Source: a virus
Direction: 5' to 3' (one strand)
IMG/VR virus record: IMGVR_UViG_3300010165_000001
Coordinates: 76,165 to 140,164 of that record
DNA: 64,000 nt
The notes beneath the pieces are model-generated. The model had not been told where the DNA came from, did no database searches, and saw only the letters and a program-made list of their open reading frames with translations. Of the stretch, positions 50,640-57,244 are shown piece by piece. Position numbers and translations under genes: made by a program. Position 1 is the first letter of the stretch, and each line of letters starts with the position of its first letter.

Positions 50640-51860
50640 TAAGTTATATGTAATTTCCTATACATTCGTATAGTTTTCTCCTTTTAATATATGTAAAAGA
50701 GAATTGATAAAGCTTGAAACAGGGGCAATTCAAGACTCGGTATCTCAAGCCATCACTTTATATTCTATGACACTTCTTCTGAATATAAAGCTGTCCGATA
50801 GCTTGTATGTAAGAGAGTTATTGTTAGCCAAGGGGAACTCTCAAAACCCTCAATCACTTTTCACGAACGGAAAGACTTAATGAAAAGTCTAAATTTCAAA
50901 TATACCCTTACCTTTAGTTATTGTTTTATACTGGAAAACAGGGTAAGGACTAAAAAACAGTCATATGTTAAAATGTTTATGTATGGTATGGAGCCCACTA
51001 TTCATCCATACTAATTATTTAAAGTGGGTTTATAGGTATATTACTTCGATTTGTCTGTAGAATGAATCTATACAAAAAACAAAGGGAAAGGAGGATTTAT
51101 ATGATTTAAATTTTGATAACTACAATATCTTTTCATATACCTAGGACTTAATATAACAATAAAAAATGTAAGGAATAAAACGAAGGAATTATTGTTATTA
51201 GATTACTAATGTAATCAAAGCACCTGTTATAACTCATCTCACCGAGAACCTGATTATAAGACCTATTATTAAGTGAATCACTACGCTTGACTCTATTAAG
51301 GAGCTACCTTAAGTCCATCTAACGCAATCCAAAAGGATAATGTGATACTAACATAATAGTTAGTAACGTTCACATGGTTGAAGAAATAATTTATTTGGTT
51401 TCACTTTTATATTTACCAAATATAGTTTTTGAAATGTAGATTTATGCTACTTGTACTGATAACCTCTATTATCAAACACATTTCTGTGCTCCAACTACAA
51501 TAAGTCGTTATAGCGTATCTTCATAGGATTCCGCTAAGACCCTAAGAAGAAGTTAAACTCTAGCTGTTATCATACTCTACAGTCCTTATAATCAAGTACC
51601 AAGTATACCAATCGTATTAAACAATACTCATGACGACCTACCCTACCGATTGACTAATCCGATAGGTTTTAGTTCGTTTGATTATCTTGTACCTTATGGG
51701 TACCAATCCATTATTCAGTCATTATAACAAGTGCTTTCAATACACTAATATTTATGTATGAACAGAGAGAACTTAATCCCTCTGAACATATAGGGTGGGT
51801 ATGTGGTTTAAGTAGTGTATCTCAACTACTTAAGTACATTATAACACATAAGTCCATTTC
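50640..51860. ncRNA. candidate large structured RNA region (1.2 kb, ORF-free); strand and identity unknown
   Basis: No ORF of 60 aa or more in any frame. Visibly less AT-rich than true spacers. Many perfect local stems (for example 50756-50765/50781-50790, 10 bp; 50906-50912/50942-50948) and an interleaved pseudoknot-like pair (50981-50986/51006-51011 with 50994-50999/51023-51028). Confidence 0.35.
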
Positions 51861-51867
51861 TACAAAA

Positions 51868-52170
51868 TCAAATTGACTTCTTCTTTAAACATTGTTGATA
51901 AATCTTATTTAAGTGTCCAGGAAGAGCGTACATTGTAATTAACCTATCTGTATTAAAGTCAAATATATAAATGTTAGATTTATATACTCTGAAGTAACCA
52001 CTCTTATGAATAAACCATAATCTGTCTAAGTATTTCTTAAGTTTTCCTTTACAGTCTCCATGACTTAACCCTTCATCTAACACTTTATCTATTTCATCTT
52101 CTAAATTACTTTTTTTAACACCTTGTCTTTTACGTATTCTTTTCTGTCCATGTTTTGTATAGTTACTCAT
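51868..52170 (-). CDS. hypothetical basic protein (100 aa)
   Basis: ORF track; N-terminal TKHGQKRIRKRQGV and later LITMYALP are faintly reminiscent of DUF4258-type small toxin-like proteins (weak). Confidence 0.5.
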   Translation of the reverse strand: MSNYTKHGQKRIRKRQGVKKSNLEDEIDKVLDEGLSHGDCKGKLKKYLDRLWFIHKSGYFRVYKSNIYIFDFNTDRLITMYALPGHLNKIYQQCLKKKSI

Positions 52171-52184
52171 AATACACCATCTCC

Positions 52185-52394
52185 TTAGTTAAATTGTGCT
52201 TGCCATTGTTCCCAAAAATCATATGACTTATCTTTATTTGTTTCTACAAATCCTGTTGTTGATTGGCATGTAGGACAATACATATGTTTAATGTGTCCTT
52301 CACTTCTTTTCTTAGCTCTTTTTCTAGGAATACTTAAATCAGTTCCGCATTCTTGACATTCTAATTTACTATAAACCATTACTTGTTTTTTCAT
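52185..52394 (-). CDS. zinc-ribbon protein (69 aa)
   Basis: CQEC...CPTC four-cysteine arrangement; first gene downstream of two consensus promoters. Confidence 0.55.
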   Translation of the reverse strand: MKKQVMVYSKLECQECGTDLSIPRKRAKKRSEGHIKHMYCPTCQSTTGFVETNKDKSYDFWEQWQAQFN

Positions 52395-52433
52395 ATTATC
52401 ATTTCCTTTTCTTTAATTTATTTTATATATCTA

Positions 52434-52462
52434 ATTATAATATATTGATTAATGTTTGTCAA
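52434..52462 (-). promoter_or_regulatory. consensus SigA-type promoter P1 for the leftward operon
   Basis: On the minus strand: TTGACA (52462-52457), 17 nt, TATAAT (52439-52434), about 40 nt upstream of the ATG at 52394. Confidence 0.75.
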
Positions 52463-52504
52463 TAACTTTTTTTAATTAATACCTTGAATAATTAGTATAG
52501 TTTA

Positions 52505-52533
52505 ACTATATCTTATAAATCATAATATGTCAA
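52505..52533 (-). promoter_or_regulatory. second SigA-type promoter P2, in tandem with P1
   Basis: On the minus strand: TTGACA (52533-52528), 17 nt, TATAGT (52510-52505). Confidence 0.65.
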
Positions 52534-52693
52534 CACTTATTTAAAAAATATAATAAGTTATTTTATCTAGTATATCTTAATATTTATGTATGTATATGTA
52601 TATAATTAAGTTGTAAAGATTCGCTCTAATTCTTCACTACAATTACTTACTTAAATTAATATATGTTTATTAAGTTTATTTTTATATTGTATA

Positions 52694-52852
52694 TTTATTT
52701 AGTTTTCTGTATATATTATTTAGTTACTTTCTATGTACTCTCTAATTTATTATATATCTTATTCTCTTTTTTAAGTCTATATATTTATTATTTAATTTAT
52801 TTAGTTATTAGATAAGTCTACAGTAAATAATAAGTTATTAATTATTTAGGTT
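52694..52852. repeat. four copies of a TTATTTAG(T/G)T motif in an extremely AT-rich spacer (iteron-like)
   Basis: Copies at 52694-52704, 52715-52725, 52796-52806 and 52841-52852; the first two are 21 nt apart. Confidence 0.45.
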
Positions 52853-52859
52853 ATTTGTT

Positions 52860-53340
52860 TTGTGTTTTATTGGTTTAGGTTTGCGTAGCATTACGGGTAG
52901 ACTTATCCCCTAGGTACAACAGAATTGTAACTAGAAAGATATAATCATAGTGTATAAAATATGTATAGATTACGGTCTAGTGCTAACCTTGTTTTACGTT
53001 AATTCTTGTCCTAACAACCTATACTGCTTCGTTTAGCCTTTAGTTATAATGTTTAAAGAGGGGATAGCTACCGCCCCTCGTGAAGTCTGTATATGGGAAC
53101 AAGGCTCCCCTGTGCAAAGCACAACAAGAAACCTCCCTGACCTTTTTAGTACATTGGTAGTCATCACCAAATCTGGAAATATATGCACCATTGTACTATT
53201 TATTTACATATATACCCATCGAATTTTCATGGTGATGCTCGAAGCTCCGATTTAACTTCATCATTGTCGCTATCCCTACACATCTCACCGTTATGTGTAC
53301 TCATCAGCTCTTTATTTAATTGTTATGTATTTCTAACTAA
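52860..53340. ncRNA. second ORF-free, hairpin-rich block; candidate structured RNA or degenerate intron-like relic
   Basis: GC-rich stems GAGGGG/CCCCTC (53058-53063/53074-53079) and a long-range CATCACCA/TGGTGATG pair (53162-53169/53230-53237). The two track ORFs here lack an RBS. A leftward promoter sits at 53345-53373. Confidence 0.3.
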
Positions 53341-53344
53341 ATAT

Positions 53345-53373
53345 AGTATATCATACTTTTACTAATTTGTAAA
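53345..53373 (-). promoter_or_regulatory. candidate leftward promoter reading into the 52860-53340 block
   Basis: On the minus strand: TTTACA (53373-53368), 17 nt, TATACT (53350-53345). Confidence 0.45.
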
Positions 53374-53467
53374 ATAAAATTAACTATATTTTTTCTAGAT
53401 ATTCACACTATAACATACTTTTTTATCTCTATCAAGTAAAAAAATATATAAAAAATAAAAAATAACC

Positions 53468-53496
53468 TTGACATTAAAAATGATTAATAGTATAAT
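53468..53496 (+). promoter_or_regulatory. consensus SigA-type promoter of the free-standing endonuclease gene
   Basis: TTGACA (53468-53473), 17 nt, TATAAT (53491-53496), then GAGGTGA and the ATG at 53516. Confidence 0.75.
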
Positions 53497-53515
53497 TTAC
53501 TTAGAGGTGATATAA

Positions 53516-54763
53516 ATGAAAAAAATTAATTTTTTATATAAAGAGAATGAAATTGTAAACGAAAGTTTAAAAATAGTAAAACAAACAACAAAGTATTATG
53601 GAAAATATAAAACTAAAGCTTATGAAGTTCAATCTTTAACTTACCCTAAGGCACCTACATATATAATTGCAGAAACATCTTTAAGGAAAGGTGTAAGGGA
53701 TTCGTACGTTTATGGAAACAGGGTTTGTGAGTATAATTCTTTATGGTCGATAAAAAGATTGAGAAAATATATTGTGGATAAGGATAAAGCAAAAACTGTA
53801 CTACCGAGAAGTCACAAAAAAATAAAAGTCAAATGTCTTGAGTGTTCTAATGAAAAATATATAAGAATATCTACATTAACAGATAGAGGGGTAGGTTGTC
53901 ATTTTTGTTCAACTAATATATCCTATCCTGAAATATTTATGATAGCTTATCTACAAGTGAAAGGGATTGAATTTGAATACCAAAAAACATTTAAAGATTT
54001 GACAAATAGAAAATTTGATTTTTATATAAAGAATTTAGGTGTTATAGAAACACATGGAGAACAACATTATAAAAATAATAAAACTTCAACAAAAGAATGG
54101 GAAAATGCTTTTAAAAAAGCAAAAATTTCAGATGAAGAAAAAGAAGAATTTTGTAAAAGTAATAATATTCCTTATATTGTAATAAATTGTGAGAAAAGTG
54201 AATTCGATTATATAAAGAAAGAAATATCTAAATGTCATTATTTAGAAAATATAACAAAAAAAGAAGAAGAAGTAATGTTAAAAACAATAGAAGATAATAA
54301 AAAATATCCTGTTAAAGAGATAATAAAACTATACGAAGAACTAGGAAGCTGTAAAAAAGTAGGTGAAAGATTTAACTTAAGTTCTGATATAATAAGAAAT
54401 GTGTTAAAAAGGAATAATATTATTATTAGTAAAGAAATAAAAAAAGAATACCCTGTTAAAGAAATAATAAAACTATATGAAAAACTGGGAAGTTGTAAAA
54501 AAGTAGGCGAAAGACTTAATTTGAATGAAAATACTATAAGAAATGTATTAAAAAGAAACAAAGTAAAAATAAAAAAGTATAATAATAGTAAAGTTAGGTG
54601 TATAACAACAAACAAGGAATTTAATTCTATTAAAGAAGCTTCAGAATATTATAAAATAAATCATGCTACAAGTATATCTTCGTGTTGTAGAAAAAAAAGA
54701 AAAACAGCAGGAAAACATCCTGAAAGTTTAGAACCTTTAGAATGGGAATATGTAAATGAATAA
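53516..54763 (+). CDS. free-standing homing endonuclease-like protein: zinc finger, Vsr/PD-(D/E)XK-like nuclease, duplicated HTH, C-terminal DNA-binding module (415 aa)
   Basis: CLECS...CHFCS zinc finger. [18 protein letters not shown] core (D...E-x-x-G-x-x-H, DUF559/Vsr-like). Tandem YPVKEIIKLYE(E/K)LGSCKKVGER.NL....IRNVLKRN repeats. C-terminal V.CITTNKEFNSIKEASEYY...ISSCCR.KRKTAG resembles NUMOD-type modules. Confidence 0.65.
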   Translation: MKKINFLYKENEIVNESLKIVKQTTKYYGKYKTKAYEVQSLTYPKAPTYIIAETSLRKGVRDSYVYGNRVCEYNSLWSIKRLRKYIVDKDKAKTVLPRSHKKIKVKCLECSNEKYIRISTLTDRGVGCHFCSTNISYPEIFMIAYLQVKGIEFEYQKTFKDLTNRKFDFYIKNLGVIETHGEQHYKNNKTSTKEWENAFKKAKISDEEKEEFCKSNNIPYIVINCEKSEFDYIKKEISKCHYLENITKKEEEVMLKTIEDNKKYPVKEIIKLYEELGSCKKVGERFNLSSDIIRNVLKRNNIIISKEIKKEYPVKEIIKLYEKLGSCKKVGERLNLNENTIRNVLKRNKVKIKKYNNSKVRCITTNKEFNSIKEASEYYKINHATSISSCCRKKRKTAGKHPESLEPLEWEYVNE

Positions 54764-54777
54764 GTAAAAAAATATAT

Positions 54778-54806
54778 AAAAAATAAGGGTAAACTTAATT
54801 ACCCTT
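54778..54806 (-). terminator. hairpin terminator (T-run on the minus strand) shared by convergent genes
   Basis: AAGGGTAA/TTACCCTT stem (54785-54792/54799-54806), followed on the minus strand by a T-rich run. Confidence 0.6.
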
Positions 54807-54824
54807 ACTTACTTACTTAACATA

Positions 54825-55028
54825 TTACAAGATAATACGGAATGATTCAATATTAAAAGGACTTAGAAATACTTTATCTTCTTGGTTAAAACTTTCAGTG
54901 CTGTATGCTTCTACAGCATTACCCTTACCTGACATTAGTTTTTGCATATCTCCTACATTACTTCTCTCTGTACTTTGTTCCATTTTTTTATAATATATCT
55001 TTCCGCTAATCATAGTTATCTCTATCAT
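54825..55028 (-). CDS. hypothetical protein (67 aa)
   Basis: ORF track; last gene of a four-gene minus-strand island. Confidence 0.45.
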   Translation of the reverse strand: MIEITMISGKIYYKKMEQSTERSNVGDMQKLMSGKGNAVEAYSTESFNQEDKVFLSPFNIESFRIIL

Positions 55029-55047
55029 TTCATTTTCTCCTTATCAA

Positions 55048-55374
55048 TTATAATTTATTAAACACGAAAGAAATTATTCCACCTATAATTAAAAGTAAAA
55101 CTTTTTCGATAGTGTCTTTCTTTTTATCTTCTTTGGTTGATGTTGAGGTTTTCATTTCTTTAATCAATTCATCTAACCTATCAATTTGAATATATATCTG
55201 TGCTTGCTTTTCTTGTTTAATAGCAATATCTTTATCCAAATCTTTTACAGCATCACTCAATAAATTAACCCTATTTTCCAACTCCTTAAAAGTAGCACTA
55301 TCTATATAACCTTTATCTTGTATATTTTCTTTCAGTGTTTCTACTTTTTGTGACAAGTCTTCATAATTTTCCAC
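55048..55374 (-). CDS. coiled-coil protein with C-terminal transmembrane anchor (108 aa), XhlA-like architecture
   Basis: GTG start. N-terminal heptad-like region and C-terminal VLLLIIGGIISFVF hydrophobic helix. Confidence 0.5.
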   Translation of the reverse strand: MENYEDLSQKVETLKENIQDKGYIDSATFKELENRVNLLSDAVKDLDKDIAIKQEKQAQIYIQIDRLDELIKEMKTSTSTKEDKKKDTIEKVLLLIIGGIISFVFNKL

Positions 55375-55386
55375 TATATAACACCT

Positions 55387-55710
55387 CTAATTCTTTCCAA
55401 GGTGTTTTGATTCTACGTCATAATTTTCTATAAATTTATTTATGACATCATTGTAATCATCACTAATTATTTTTCCATAGGAATTAGTAACATCTATTTC
55501 AAAAGTTAATTTACCATAATCTTTTAAATCTATTTCTTGTATTACTCTCTCAGGGTCTTGAGAAGGTAAAAAATAAAAATCGAAGTTGATAAGTGTACCA
55601 TTAGACATAAGACGGTTTATTCTGTATATGTGATACACATTACGATTTCTGAGAAAGTGCCTAATAGCATCTTTAAATTCTACTTTCAACACATCTCTGT
55701 ATTTAGTCAT
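55387..55710 (-). CDS. hypothetical protein (107 aa)
   Basis: ORF track; co-directional packing. Confidence 0.5.
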   Translation of the reverse strand: MTKYRDVLKVEFKDAIRHFLRNRNVYHIYRINRLMSNGTLINFDFYFLPSQDPERVIQEIDLKDYGKLTFEIDVTNSYGKIISDDYNDVINKFIENYDVESKHLGKN

Positions 55711-55741
55711 TAGTTCTAACCCCCTATTAATTGAATTTGTA

Positions 55742-56008
55742 TTACCTCGTAAAGTATGTTATAATAGTAATAGTAAGAGATATAAGTAAGATTGTTAGGA
55801 TAGATAGTAAAGCTATAGTATTATTTTGCAAAGTTAATATTATAGTGGACACATAGAACAGAAATATTATTATAATAATTAGCCCATATTTTAAAATATT
55901 ATCTGTTCTTTTGAAATATATAGAAGATGATAAATTCCTTGTAACAATGATAAGGCAATAAAGATAAAAGAGAATGATAACTATAGAGATAGAGGTTGTT
56001 AATATCAT
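55742..56008 (-). CDS. small integral membrane protein (88 aa, about 3 TM)
   Basis: Three long Ile/Leu-rich hydrophobic stretches. Confidence 0.5.
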   Translation of the reverse strand: MILTTSISIVIILFYLYCLIIVTRNLSSSIYFKRTDNILKYGLIIIIIFLFYVSTIILTLQNNTIALLSILTILLISLTITIITYFTR

Positions 56009-56205
56009 TCATAACACACCATTCTTAGTCTAGTATAAATACCTAGTAATAATATAACATAGTAGTTAATTACAGTAACGATATAATAGTGCACAACTAA
56101 ATTGTATGTGTTATTTCTATTGTGTTATTATATTAGTAATAGTATCACTAAAAGTTTTTACGTGTGACACACATAAATTAAAATGAATTTAGGTGAAAAA
56201 GAAAT

Positions 56206-56595
56206 ATGAAAGTGAATGAATTCTTTCTTAAACTAATATTAGGAATGGTAGTGTTATTATGCTTTTTATCCTTTGCTGACATTATGGCTCTTACTTTCAG
56301 TATCCGACCATTATCTGTATTAGTTTACGTGAGCGTAGGTGTGTTTGCTTACTATACAGGTAATAAGATACACGAAAAAGTTATACAGAGAAGAGAAGAC
56401 CCTCTACCAGAATATATACTAAGAAAAACAAGAGAAACATCTGAAGAAGTAGAAGTCATGAAAGAATTAATAGAAGAATATGGTATATCAAAAGAGGAGA
56501 TTCGAATGCGAGCTAAAGTTCGTGAGGAGAGTGGAAGAAAACTTGAAAGAAAAGATAAAACTGACGAGGAACAAGTTAAAGAGAAGAGCATCTAA
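56206..56595 (+). CDS. membrane protein (129 aa, 2 TM, charged C-terminus)
   Basis: AGGTGAAAAAG RBS-like string before the ATG; two hydrophobic helices, then a Glu/Lys/Arg-rich tail. Confidence 0.55.
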   Translation: MKVNEFFLKLILGMVVLLCFLSFADIMALTFSIRPLSVLVYVSVGVFAYYTGNKIHEKVIQRREDPLPEYILRKTRETSEEVEVMKELIEEYGISKEEIRMRAKVREESGRKLERKDKTDEEQVKEKSI

Positions 56596-56803
56596 AGTTA
56601 CACACATAAAAAGAGGCGATAAAAGAATATCGAGTTCTTCAAGGGTATGCTCTATTTGTGGGAGAAGCTTATCAACATATGATAAACTAACAGGTAAAGC
56701 CTTTGCTTCACATGACCACCTACACTTAGTTTTCAGTGAAGTATTACAACTAGATATATGTCACAAACTAAGTGATTGTTATAAATACAAGAAAGAGGAG
56801 TGA
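56480..56803 (+). CDS. possible Cys/His-containing small protein; true start uncertain
   Basis: The track ORF overlaps the previous gene by 116 nt. The non-overlapping part (from about 56600) has CSICG...H.H..H...C but no canonical start after the AAGAGG at 56610. Confidence 0.3.
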   Translation: MVYQKRRFECELKFVRRVEENLKEKIKLTRNKLKRRASKVTHIKRGDKRISSSSRVCSICGRSLSTYDKLTGKAFASHDHLHLVFSEVLQLDICHKLSDCYKYKKEE

Positions 56804-56810
56804 TTTACTT

Positions 56811-57242
56811 TTGAAGTCAAGAGTAGATACGATGAGAAACCAACTCAAGCAAAAAAAGCGAGAGAATGAAGATGCTAATGAAGCTATATCCAATGGTTTT
56901 TTAAGTGTCATACAAAAACTTATGATTAAACTAGAAGATAAAGTCGAGCGTGGAGAAATCAATGTAAACGACACAAACGACATCTATAAATTATTAGTCA
57001 TGTACGGACAAATTAGTGAAATGAATGGTAACTCTTCAGGTGGTATGGGTACGCTACCTGCATTAGGAGAAAAAGAACGTGCTGTACTAAGTAACTTCGT
57101 TGAAACTACAGGTGAAGTAGATGAAGACGGAAATGAATATGTGGACTTAGATAAGTTATCTGAAATGACTGCCGATGAGGTAGCAGAAATGGTTACAGAA
57201 AAAGAGAAGCTTATGAATAAACAAAATGCGGAGACATTTTAA
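56811..57242 (+). CDS. hypothetical protein immediately upstream of terL (small terminase candidate by position only)
   Basis: TTG at 56811 lies 10 nt after GAAAGAGGAG. The track GTG at 56772 and the ATG at 56832 are alternative starts. The stop is 2 nt before the terL ATG. Confidence 0.45.
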   Translation: MKSRVDTMRNQLKQKKRENEDANEAISNGFLSVIQKLMIKLEDKVERGEINVNDTNDIYKLLVMYGQISEMNGNSSGGMGTLPALGEKERAVLSNFVETTGEVDEDGNEYVDLDKLSEMTADEVAEMVTEKEKLMNKQNAETF

Positions 57243-57244
57243 TT

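Larger units (their letters stand above)
53434..54786 (+). mobile_element. free-standing homing endonuclease cassette bounded by perfect 25-bp direct repeats
   Basis: aagtaaaaaaatatataaaaaataa occurs at 53434-53458 and 54762-54786. The repeats enclose promoter plus ORF, and the right copy contains the ORF stop codon. Confidence 0.6.

Noticed and set aside
51808-51836. Strong hairpin TTAAGTAGT...ACTACTTAA as terminator of gene 51868-52170
   Set aside because: No U-tract follows on either strand, so it is kept as part of the structured block rather than called a terminator.
53300-53307. CUGAUGAG on the minus strand followed by a GUACACAU...AUGUGUA stem, reminiscent of a hammerhead ribozyme core
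   Set aside because: The obligatory GAAA after stem II and a plausible stem III and cleavage triplet are absent (the stem is followed by GGGAUAG). Judged coincidental.
53049-53365. Track ORFs 53049-53255 and 53183-53365 (68 and 60 aa, plus strand)
   Set aside because: No Shine-Dalgarno sequence, mutually overlapping, odd composition, and located in the hairpin-rich non-coding block. Probably chance ORFs.
50640-53510. tRNA genes or a CRISPR array in the ORF-free region
   Set aside because: I found no GGTTCGAAT-like T-arm with a matching acceptor stem, and no regularly spaced identical repeats. By-eye tRNA detection is weak, so tRNAscan-SE or ARAGORN should still be run.
54238-54615. Antisense ORFs in the plus-strand region (54238-54615; 56352-56591; 56768-56983; 62285-62530; 62571-62951)
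   Set aside because: Antisense to better-supported genes with low-complexity hydrophobic translations typical of AT-rich reverse frames.
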